Below are positions 33,535 to 44,426 of a stretch of DNA of 44,426 bases, piece after piece. Each line of letters opens with the position of its first letter. Within the stretch, counting starts at the first letter, position 1. Source of the stretch: Chiloscyllium plagiosum (lineage: Eukaryota); the NCBI RefSeq assembly GCF_004010195.1, contig NC_057720.1:3518750-3563175 (forward strand), read 5' to 3'. The notes under the pieces were generated by a model. The model saw only the letters and a list, made by a program, of their open reading frames with translations. It searched no databases and had not been told where the DNA came from. A program made the translations under genes and the position numbers.

Positions 33535-36085
33535 AGTCTCAGTCATAGAGATATACAGCATGGAAACAGATCCTTAGGTCCAACCCGTCCATGCCGACCA
33601 GATATCCCACTCCAATCTCGTCCCACCTGCCAGCACCCGGTCCAAATCCCTCTTTAAACCCTTCCTATTCGTATACCATCAGGATGCCTTTTTAAATGTT
33701 GCAATTATACTACCTCTTCCACTTCCTCTGGCAGCTCATTCCACACACACACTCCACCCTCTGTGAAAAGTTGTCCCTTAGGCTTCTTTTATATATTTCC
33801 CCCCCTTGCCCTAAACCTATGCCCTCTAGTTCTGGACTCCCCCCACCCCAGGGAAAATACTTTGTCTATTTATCCTATTCATGCCCCTCATTTTGTAAAC
33901 CTCTATAAGGTCACCCCTCAGCCTCTGACACTCCAGGGAAAACAGCACTAGCCTATTCAACCTCTCCCTATAGCTCAAATCCTCCAACCCTGGCAACATC
34001 CTTGTAAATCTTTTCTGAACTCTTTCAAGTTTCACAACATCCGTCTGATCGGAAGGAGACCAGAATTGCACGCAGCATTCCAAAAGTGGCTGAACCAGTG
34101 TTCTGAACAGCCGCAACATGACCTCCCAACTCCTGTACTCAACACTCTGACCGATAAAGGAAAGCATACCAAATACCTTCACTGTCCTATCTACCTGCAA
34201 CTCTACTTTCAAGGAGCTATGAACCTCCAAGGTCTCTTTGTTCAACAACACTCCCTAGGATCTTACCATTAAATGGATAAGTCCTGCTAAGATTTGCTTT
34301 CCCAAAATGCAGCACCTCGCATTTATCTTAATTAAATGCCATTGACCCCAAGATCCCATTGTAATCTGAGGTAACCTCCTTGGCTGTCCACTACACCTTC
34401 AATTTTAGTGTCATCTGCAAACTTACTAACTATACACCTCTTATGCTCACATCCAAATCATTTAGTAGTGGAAGTAGTGGACCCAGCACCAATCCTTGTG
34501 GCACTCCGCTGGTCACAGGCCTCCAGTCTGAAAAACAACCCTCTACCACCACCCTCTGTCTTCTTCCTTGTGAGCCAGTTCTGTATCCAAATGGCTAGTT
34601 TTCCCTGTATTCCCATGAGATCTAACCTTGCTAACCAGTCTCCTATGAGGTGCCTTGCCAAACGCCTTATTAAAGTCATATAGATCACATCTACCACTCT
34701 GCCCTCATCAATCCTCTTTGTTACTTCCTCAACAAACTCAATCAAGTTTGGGAAACATGATTTCCCATGCACCAAGCCACGTTGGCTATCCCTAATCAGT
34801 CCTTGCCTTTCCAAATGCACGTACATCCTGTCCCTCAGGATTCCCTCCAACAACTTGTCCACCACCAACGTCAGGCTCACTGGTCTATAATTCACTGGCT
34901 TGTTCTTAACACCTTTCTTAAATAATTGCACCACGTTAGCCAACCTCCAGTCTTCCGGTGCCTCACCTATGACTATCGATGATACAACTATCTCAGCAAG
35001 AGGCCCAGCAATCAGTTCCCTAGATTCCCGTAGAGTTTTAGGGTACACCTGATCAGGTACTGGAGATTTATCCACTTTTATGCGTTTTAAGACATCAAGC
35101 ACTTCCTCCTCTGTAATATGGATATTTTTCAAGGTGTTGCCATCTATTTACTACGTTCTATATTTTCCATGTCTTTTCCACAGTAAACACTGATGCAAAA
35201 TACTTGTTTAGTACAAGTAGATCAGTCTTTATCTGAAATCCGTAAAGCTCTGAAATCAGAAGTTTTTTGTGAAGTGTTTTCTCATTAACAAGGTTGTTTG
35301 GCGTGCAAAGTTAACCCAACTCCACACACACTCGATGAGTGTTACTCAGATGTGACGTGGGGGTGTGGCTCAGCACCGACAGGCCTCCATTCTGTTTCAC
35401 AGCCCGTTTTACTGTGTCTGCTGTTGGATAAGATTTTTCAAACTTTTATCATCAAACTGCCACTTAATCTGAAATTCGAAAAATTCTGAATTCCGAAAAC
35501 CAGCTGGTCCTGAGCATTTCGGGAAAAAGGATTGTGCACCTATATCTCCCCCATCTCCTGCAGCTCCACGCAAAGGCTGCGTTGCTGATCTTTGAGGAGC
35601 CCCTGTTCTCTCCCGAGTTACCTTTTGCCCTTGATGTATTTGGCAAAACCCTTTGACAAATAGAGTTAAGGAGAATCCAAAGCTATCTCATGTCACCTTT
35701 TTGCCCTCCTGATTTCCCTGTTAAGTATATTCCTACTGCCTTTATACTCTTCTAAGGATTCACTCGATCTATCTTGTCTATACCTGACATATGCTTCCTT
35801 CTTTTTCTTGACCAAACCCTCAATTTCTTTAGTCATCCAGCTTTCCGTATACCTACCAGCCTTTCCTTTCATCTTGACAGGAATATACTATCTCTGGACT
35901 CTTGTTATCTAATTTCTGAAGGCTTCCCATTTTCCAGCTGTCCTTTTACCTGCAAACATATGCCCCAATCAGCTTTTGAATGTTCTTGTCGGATACTGTT
36001 AAAATTAGCCTTCCTCCAATTTAGAACTTCAACTTTAAGATCTGGTCTATCCTTTTCAATCACTATTTTAAAACTAATAGAATTA
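33535..36085 (-). mobile_element. CR1 LINE ORF2 and tail (decayed), interrupted by a MITE
   Basis: KIKVDKSP-like start, NYRPVSLT, NLIEFVEEVTKRIDEG and LERVQKRFTRMLPGLE; tail near 33540. Confidence 0.9.
35214..35542. mobile_element. Tc1/mariner-superfamily MITE (Tigger4/MER46-like), 329 bp
   Basis: TA duplicated at 35212-35213 and 35543-35544, where the host CR1 rejoins as TTTAGTATCTCCC. Degenerate TIRs, subterminal (T/C)GAAAT repeats, and an end CTGGTCCTGAGCATTTCGG. Confidence 0.75.
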
Positions 36086-36099
36086 TTGTTGAGACATCA

Positions 36100-38100
36100 G
36101 ATTCAGAACATTTGTAGTACAAAAGGAAGCCATTGCCACCCTGTGTCCATGCTGGTCAAAGATGTGACCGTACTAATCCTATTTTCCAGTTCTTGGCCCA
36201 AAGCCCTCGAGGCCATGGCAATGCAAGTAAATACCTCCTTAAATGTTACAGGAGTTCCTGATTCAACCACCCTTTCAGACAGTGTTTCAGATTTGTTCAC
36301 CCAGAGGGTAGTGGCAAATTCTCAACTCTTCCCTTAGCCTCCATCTCTTATCCAAAATCAACGCCTCCTGGTTACTGATCCCTCTCCTAATCAAGAAAGG
36401 TGCCTTACAATCCACCCTGTCTTTGCCCCTTTATAATCTTACACACCTCTGTCAGATCTGCCCTCAACCTTCACTGCTCCAGGCAAAACAACTCCAGCCT
36501 ACCCAATATGTCCTCCCAGCTCAGATCTTGCAGCCCGGGCAACATCCTGACAAACCACCCCTGTACCCCCTCCAGTGTATTCACATCCTTCCTGTAATGT
36601 GGTGACCAGAACTGCTCAGAGTACTCCAGCTGTTGGTTGTTATCATCTACAGTTTCATCACAAATTCCTAGCTCTTGTATTCTATGACATGGCTAATAAA
36701 GACCAGGATCCCATTTGCCTCCTTGATCACTTATTGACTGCTCTGTTACCTTCAGGGATCTGTGAATATGCAACACCAAGGTCCATCTGAGCTTCAGTAC
36801 TTCCCAGAGTTGTACCAGTCACATTGTAGTCCTTTGCCTTGGTAGGCCTCCCAAATGCATTACTTCTCATTTTTGTCTTGGGTTCTTGCTTGCTTGACCA
36901 GTTTGTCAGGAGTGATTTTATAAAAAGCTTAGCAAAATTCCATGTGGACTACAATTACTCTCATCAGTACTCCTGTTAGCTCTTCAAATGTTTGTTTAAA
37001 ATTTTGAAAGATTACCTTCCCTCAAGTCCATGCTGAATTTCCCTAAATGTGTTTTTTCCAAACTCTAATATAATCTGTCCCTCTGAGTTCTTTCTAATAA
37101 CTTATCTACCACTGAGGTTAAAATGACTGGGCTATTATCTCCTGGTCTATCCTTTGTTCTGTTTTTTAAGTGATGAGATCATGTGAGGAATTTCCACATC
37201 TGTGCTCAGAATGAATCTGAGAATTATTGCATGGGTCCCTTGTATCTTCTCTGAATCCCTCAACAACTTGGGAGACATCACATCTGGGCCTGTGGGTTTA
37301 TCCATCATGCAGGTTGCTGAACCCACTAGTGCCTCTTCACTCTCTAAGTTAATCTCTCTGTCCTCCTTCCTGATGTCTATCCCTGTAGCCATTGTGAAGA
37401 CTGACACATTATTTACTGAAGACTGTGTTCACATGTTCTGGGTCTAAACACAGATTCTCTCTGTAGTCCCTAATGGACCCTATTCTTTGCCTCCTTATTC
37501 TCTTGTTCTTTATACTTTTAAGAAACTCCTTTGGGTTTTTCTTGAATCTAACCATGAATGCTTTCTGGTGCAATCTCTTTCCTTTTTAATATTTTCACTG
37601 CACTTTTATGCTCCTCTAGGGACTCTGCTGCGTTGATGCATCAGTATCTGCAAAATTTTATTTTATTAATCCTCACCTTTATGCCCCTTGGCACCCAGGC
37701 TTCTCTGCTTCTGGTTTCATCCTTTGCACTGTACTGTTGATACTTCCTCTGTGTGAATGCCTCCCATTGCTCCAACACTGTTTTATCTGCTCGTAGCTGC
37801 ACCCAGTCTACTTGATCTAACCTCAGTCAAATTAGCCTTCCCCCAATTTAGAATGCTTATTCCCAGCCCATCCTTATCCTCTGCTATAATGATCTTAAAC
37901 AAAACTGAGTTATGGTCACATCTCCAAAATGCCCTCCTCTCCTGATGCTGCCCAAGCTCATTTCTGAATGTTAGATTCAGAACTGTCCCTTCCTTTGTCC
38001 GGCTTTCAGATTTAAAAGTTCTCCTGGATGCAATTTAAGAACATTGGTGTTTAAGATATGGAGGAAACAATTAATTCCAGTTAATGAGTAGTTAAAATCC
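36100..38100 (-). mobile_element. Old, highly decayed CR1 LINE
   Basis: GTGACCAGAACTG (QFWSP region), DKPTGPDVMSPKLLR and TIR-free LINE-type order of motifs; many indels. Confidence 0.65.
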
Positions 38101-39089
38101 CCTATTACTGCCTTATATAATCAAATTTCAGAGAATAATATTTAGGGAAGGAAATTATCCCTTACGTGGTCTGGCCTATATGTGACTCCAGACCCAGAGC
38201 AATATGTTTAAATTGAGGACATTTGTATCAACTAGTTTCTGTTTATTTGAGTAAAGATAAAAGAGGTGATCTTGTGGATTTGTTTTAAGGTGATTGAATG
38301 ATTTCATTGGGTGGGTAGATAGAGGGAAAGTTTCCTCTCATTGAAGTCCAGAACAAAGGGGTAAAATCTTAATGAGAGCCAGGCCATTCAGAGGTGATGT
38401 TGAGCCACTTTTGGAACTCCCTCCCAACAGTATCGAGGCTAGGTTATTGCAAAACGTTTTCAAACTCACCTCTCGAATGATTCATAAAGGACTGATCATG
38501 GCCCACTCTTTCAAAGTAGTAGTCACAAATGAGTAGTTATTTAACATAATGGAGGATTGAAATTTTTTTTTAAAAATTATCATCCTAGTATTGACTTAAT
38601 CTCTACCTCAGTTGCCATTATTTTCAGACAAGTTGTCAATGTGTTAGCTGATTATCCTTAACTTTTAGAATTTATTGATCAGACTGAAGTATCATAGATT
38701 TGTCAGTCTCAATTCCATTTCTTACTCATAGTTTTAATTCCTTTTTGATATTTGGTTGTTTGGTATAGTGATATTGCAGACTGATTGCAAGTAGAAATGT
38801 TATAATGTTCTTGTTACCTGTGTATCAGGATCATGTCTTTGGGGCAGGTTAGAGGACCCTGATACTATTTAGGATTGCTTGCCAATACTGTCCAGAATTA
38901 ACTTTCTAACCTATCGTACTCTCAGAAATAAAAATCAAAATGTGTATATATGGTGGGAGTGTAGATGTGAACTGTCAATCAGCAGTGATCCTGTTGAATG
39001 GTGATACAAGCTGGCAAAAGCATATGATCCATCCTAATTTGATTTTTAAAATAGCTTTATACGCTATGACTTCTGTCCCAATTTTAATA

Positions 39090-40885
39090 GACCTATAGGA
39101 GTATAAGAACAGGAGTCGATCATTCAGCCCTTTAAGGTGGTTCCACCATTCAATTAGATCATAGCTGGATCTGTGGCTTAACTGCATATACTAGCCTTTG
39201 GCCCATATCACTTAATACAGTATGCTTAACAAAAATCTATCTCTAAATTAAAATTAACAACTGATCCTGCATTTGTGCAAGAGTTTTATTACCCTTTACA
39301 GGAGTGCTTCCTAATATCTCCTCTCAACAATCTGACCTTAATTCTCAGACTGTGCCCGTAGTTCTAGAATTCCTAACCAATGGAAATAGTTTATTTATAC
39401 ACCTTGTCTTTTCCTGTTAATACCTTAAAGACTTTGATCAGATTCCCCCTTAACCCTCTAAATTCTGGAGAAAACAGACCTAATGTGTGTAATCTCTCTT
39501 CATAACTTAACCCCTGAAGTCTAGGTATTATTCTTGTAAATGTATGTTGTGCTGTCTTCTAGGTCATTCTATCCTTCCTAAGGTGTGGTGCTCAGATCTC
39601 TGCTCCAAGGATTTACCCAGGATTTTGTGTAACTGCAGCACAATTTCTGCATCCTCGCACTGGTCCCCTAGATATAAAGGCCATTCTGTTAGCTGCCTTG
39701 ATTATTTTCTGCACCTGTTTGTGACTTTTTGAAGATCTATGCACGTGAACCTTCAAGTCTCTTTGGACATCCACTGTACTTAACTTCCAACCATCTGTAA
39801 AGTGCCTTTATCTATTTTTTTCTGGTTCGAAATGGATAATCTCACACTTGCTGGCTTTGAACTCCATCTGCCATAGTTTTGCCCATTCACTTATCTATTT
39901 CCTTCTTGCATCTGTTGTTTTGATTCTTCCTCCGCTGCAGTGTGGCAGTAAGTTCCATGGATTCACAGCCCTCTGAGAGAAGTAGTTTCTCTTCATCTCA
40001 GTTTTGAACTTAACTTCCTCTCACTCTATATCTATGATCTCTTGTTTTCGACTGTGTCCCGCAACAGGGAGCATCTGTTCAACATCCATGTTATCAAACC
40101 CTTTCAGCATTTTCTGTACTTCAGTCCGACTCTCTCTCTCTCCTCTTTCTCCTCCTCCTCTCCTTCCCCCTCCCCCCCCAAACCCACATATCATTCTTAA
40201 CTCCAGTGAGTACAAACCCAAGGTTTTCAATTCCTCGTGCAACACCCATTTCATCCCTGGAATCAATCTGGTGCACTGCCTCCCATGCCTTAGGTGGGGA
40301 GACTGAAACTGGGCACATTACTTCAGACCTGGTCTCACCAACACCTTATATAATTGTAACAACACAACTTTGCTTCTATAATCCAGTCCTTTTGCAATTA
40401 ATGCCATGATTTCATTTACTTGGATTCTCATTTTGTGACGCATGCACAAGGGCGCACTGACACACTTTGAATCTGCTTCCCATTTAAATAATTTGCCTTT
40501 TAATTTTCTGGCTAAAATGGATGAGCTCACACTTATCCATATTAAACTCCATCTGCCAGATTCTGGCCCATTCTCTTAGCCTATCAATATCCATCTATAA
40601 ACTCTCTAACTCCTCATCAGAACCTACTTTCTTGCCTAGTTTAGTTTCATCTACAAATTCTGTTACGCTACATTCTCTCCCTGCTTGCAGATCATTTATA
40701 TGGAGTATAAATAGTTGAGGTCTAGGAACTCAGCCCTGCTAGGTAATTACAGTTCACCATCCAGAGAAGGGCCCATTTATTCCACCCTTCTGCTTTGTCA
40801 GTCAGTCAATCCTAAGCCAATACCCTTAAACCCCTGGGATCTAATTTTCTGGATCAGTCTTTTATGTGGCACCTTGTCAAATGCA
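39090..40885 (-). mobile_element. Two adjacent decayed CR1 3' fragments (about 39090-39900 and 39930-40885)
   Basis: Tail TATAGGAGTATAAGAACAGGAG; IAKGLDYRSKVVLLQLYKVLVRP and MIPGMK...LGLYSLE. Confidence 0.75.
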
Positions 40886-42323
40886 CACATGTAGGAAAGA
40901 CAAATGTCTCAAAATTGTGCTATGATTTACTGTGTTGGTATTGATGTTTGTACAGATTCAAAAGTAATTAGAAACATTTACATTGTCAGGTAATTTAGCC
41001 CCAGGTTTTGCAATTTAAGTCAAGGTGAAAATTATCTTCAGGATTATATTTTGTATTAAGGGATGTGTTAATACTATTCTTCAGCTTTTCAATTTCAATG
41101 GATGGCAAAGCTATTTTGTGCTGCTTTTGAAATTAGAGATTTTAATTGCTGTTAAAGACAACTCTGCAAGGGTCCTTGAATGCAGGCAGTTCTAATTTCT
41201 GCCGCTCAGTACAAGTTACAACGGTAATTTCAATGACTTATTTGCACCATTATTGAAGATACTGTATACTTCACTGATAGGGTTAATAGCTTCTCCAATT
41301 TCTTATTGTGGATACAGTTGCGGTATCCTGGATGATAGGATGTAATCTGGTACTTTTCCCTCTGCTTGACTCTGACCACAGGAATCATCATGGCACATTT
41401 GAGATATTTGACCTTGCTCTGCTTCTCCGTAGCTGGACGTTATACCAGTAAGCAATATATGTATAAATTGCACACACTTATTTGAGTGAAGTCTAATATG
41501 AATGAGAAGGCTAAAGGCCATAAAATTTGGATAGCCTGTCACTCTGTTCTAAATATTTCTCTCTGGTTGTCTTTAAATAGCAGCTTTTTTTTTAAAAAAA
41601 AAGTTTTTCTTTTAACAAAAAAATAGCAGCTTTGTTTTTAAAAATACCATGATATATTTGAATCTTCTCTGAATTGGGTCCCTTTGCAATTAATTTCACT
41701 TGCACAGATTTTTTTTTTTACCAATTTTGTGGAGCTTTTCAGTATCTTGTAGTGCACGTGAAGCATGAATTGAATGTAGTGGAAGTATGAGATCTACATT
41801 GTTCCTTCTGCCATTCTGTAAGGTTTGAACTTTTCTTCCACTGGCTATCTTTGAATTAAAATTATATTTAATTGAGTGAGATGCAAACTCATCAGTATTA
41901 ACACAGTGCTAATTTGTTTTGCTTGCAGTGGTTAGTTGGTTTTAATTTGACAGATGGGTTGGTGTGTTTGTTCGTTGTCAAGAGTGCATTGAAATCAGAT
42001 AACAGGATGTAACTTTAAAAGCAGTCATACTGAGCACTTGACAGTCATGTGGAAATAATTTTGAGAAGCAGTCAAACAGGAAACTAGACATTTTTAAAAT
42101 TCCATCCAGCCTCCCTTGTTGAAATCAAGATTATAAGACATTAACCAGCTGGGATATTTAAGCCTTAAACTTGCATGTATTCCAGTGCTAGAAAGGCATG
42201 TGTTGCTTTACTGTGTGCACTCCAAAGGCATGAGGCACTGAAGTCCAATTATTACTGACAGTAGAACTGGATCATTACTGCTGACTGCTGATAACCTGTT
42301 CAGTGAAACTGGTCCATATGCTT

Positions 42324-43410
42324 TTTCATTATTTCATCATGGGATGTGGACATCGCTGGCTGCCCAGCATTTATTGCCTGTTTCTAGTTGTCCTTGAGAA
42401 AGTGGCGGTGAGCTGCCTCCTTGAACTGCTGCAGTCCACCTGCTGTGAGTTGACCCACAATGCCTTTAGGCAGGGAATTCCAGGATTTTGACCCAGTTAC
42501 AGTGAAGGAACCGCAGTGTATTTCCAAGTTAGCTTGGTGAGTGGCTTGGAGGGGAACTTTGCAGGTGTTCCCATGTATCTGCTGCCCCTGTCTTTCAAAG
42601 TGGAAGTGGTCATGGGTTTGGAAGGTGCTGTCTGAGGATCTTTTAGCGAATTTCTGCAGTGTATCATCTAGATAATACATATTACTGCTGCTACTGAGGT
42701 AGTGGACAGTTGATGTTTATGGATGTGATGCCAGCCAAATAGGATGGTGTTGAGCTTCTTGAGTGCTGTTGCAGCTGCCTCCATCCAGGCAAGTGAGGAG
42801 TATTCCATCTCATACCTGACTTGTGTCTTGTAGATGGTGGACAGGTTTGAGGGAGTCAGGAGGTGAGCTACTTCCCGCAGTATTCCTAGCCTCCGACCTG
42901 CTCTTGTGGCCACTGTTGAGTCCAGTTGAGTTTCTGATCAATGTTAACCATAAGGATTTTGATTCAGTGGGGGATTCAGTGATGGGAACACCATTGAATG
43001 TCGAGGGGCAGTGGTTAGATTGTCTCTTTATTGGTGATGGTCAATGCCTGGTGTTTGTGGTGCAAATATTACTTGCCACTTGTCAGCCCAAGCCTAGATA
43101 TCCAGATCTTGTTCCATTTGAATATGGCCTGAATCAGTATCTGAGGAGTCACAAATGGTGCTAAACATTTGCAATCATCTGAGAGCATTCCCATATCTGA
43201 CTTTGGGATGGAGGGAAGGTCATTGAAGCAGTTGAAGATGGTTGGGTTGAGGACACTGTGCTGAGGGATTCCAACAGAGATATCTTGAACCTGAGATGAC
43301 TAACCTCTGACAACCACAAACATCTTTGTGTGCCAGGTATGACTCCAACCACGAGACAGGTTTTTTTTCCCTAATTCCCATTGGTTCCAGTTTTACTAGG
43401 GTTCCTTGAT
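42324..43410 (-). mobile_element. CR1-clade LINE of a different family, 3' fragment
   Basis: RAGRRLGILREVAHLLTP...IYKTQVRYEMEYSSLAW and GSKSWNSLP...LQQFKEAAHRHFLKDN*; tail GGCAATAAATGCTGG...CACATCCCATGA. Confidence 0.8.
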
Positions 43411-43502
43411 AGTGAGTTTTGAGAGGATTTGTAGCTCAAGTTGAGGTCCTGGATGTAGGTTTGCTCGCTGAACTGGAAGGTTTGGTTTCAGATGTTTTGT
43501 CA

Positions 43503-43806
43503 CTTAATGGTAAGGTCCTAGGGAGTGTTGCTGAACAGAGACCTTGGAGTGCAATTTCATAGCTCCTTGAAAGTGGAGTCGCAGGTAGATAGGATAGTGA
43601 AGAAGGCGTTTGATATGCTTTCCTTTATTGGTCAGAGTATTGAGTACAGGAGTTGTGGGATGTCATGTTGCGGCTGTACAGGAAATTGTTAGGCCACTGT
43701 TGGAATATTGTGTGCAATTCTGGTCTCCTTCCTATCGGAAAGATGTTGTGAAACTTGAAAGGGTTCAGAAAAGATTTACAAGGATGTTGCCAGGGTTGGA
43801 GGATTT
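43503..43806 (+). mobile_element. CR1 RT C-terminal fragment
   Basis: VRPLLEYCVQFWSPSYRKDVVKLERVQKRFTRMLPGLEDL. Confidence 0.88.
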
Positions 43807-43958
43807 GGTGAGAAATCAGAGCTCTCCAGTTTCCTCATTTCCCTTCCCCCCACCTTGTCTCAGTCAAATCCTTCGAACTCAGCACCACCTTCCTAACCTG
43901 CAATCTTCTTCCTGACCTCTCCGCCCCCCCCCCCACTCCCGCCTATCACCCTCACCCC

Positions 43959-43975
43959 NNNNNNNNNNNNNNNNN
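43959..43975. other. Assembly gap (N run)
   Basis: Short N run in C-rich sequence. Confidence 0.95.
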
Positions 43976-44024
43976 CATTTCCAACGCCCCTCCCCCAAGT
44001 CCCTCCTCCCTACCTTTTATCTTA

Positions 44025-44426
44025 CAAAGAAACATAGAAAAATGCAGCGCAGTACAGGCCCTTCGGCCCTCGATGTTGCGCCGATCAAGCCCACCTGACC
44101 TACCCTAGCCCACTATCCTCCATATGCCTATCCAATGCCCGTTTAAATGCCCATAAAGAGGGAGAGTCCACCACTGCTACTGGCAGGGCATTCCATGAAC
44201 TTACGACTCGCTGAGTAAAGAATCTACCCCTAACATCTGTCCTATACCTACCACCCCTTAATTTAAAGCTATGCCCCCTCATAATAGCTGACTCCATACG
44301 TGGAAAAAGATTCTCACTGTCGACCCTATCTAAACCCCTAATCATCTTGTACACCTATATCAAGTCACCCCTAAACCTTCTTTACACCATTGAAAACAAC
44401 CCCAAGTGCCTCAGCCTGTCCTCATA
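44025..44426 (-). mobile_element. CR1 3' end (runs off window end)
   Basis: YKMIRGLDRVD...RGHSFKLRG...FFTQRVVSSWNALP plus tail AGTACAGGCCCTTCGGCCC. Confidence 0.9.

Noticed and set aside
41575..41645. Short direct repeat AAATAGCAGCTTT with T/A runs
   Set aside because: Low-complexity local slippage with no evidence of function.
33001..44426. SYDE2 exon 3 or C2/RhoGAP exons
   Set aside because: No matching ORF seen; they presumably lie beyond the window.
1..44426. CRISPR array, rRNA or prokaryotic operon
   Set aside because: No regularly spaced repeats or rRNA-like sequence; the window is intron-containing vertebrate DNA.

Overview
Vertebrate genomic DNA, very likely a shark or other elasmobranch (inferred from HE1-type SINEs, CR1/HER1-type LINEs and a SacSINE1-like DeuSINE). 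The only host gene I can support is the 5' part of SYDE2 (RhoGAP) on the + strand. It has a CpG-island promoter, coding exon 1 (ATG 14408 to donor after 15893), a 16.4-kb intron 1 and coding exon 2 (32296-33000); exon 3 is not visible in the window. The rest is mostly decayed, often nested transposons: CR1 LINEs (two keep SGNH-esterase ORF1 remnants), several SINE families, a Rex1-like RT fragment, Gypsy remnants, a TA-flanked Tigger/MER46-like MITE, and Penelope-like elements (RT and GIY-YIG pieces). The most striking signal is a set of short Penelope-derived cassettes carrying minimal hammerhead ribozyme motifs (CTGANGA-stem II-GAAA). They fall into at least three sequence families and occur as solo units, head-to-head palindromes and inverted pairs, several with target-site duplications. 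Repeat family names and SYDE2 homology come from recalled sequences, not database searches, and many repeat boundaries are approximate.
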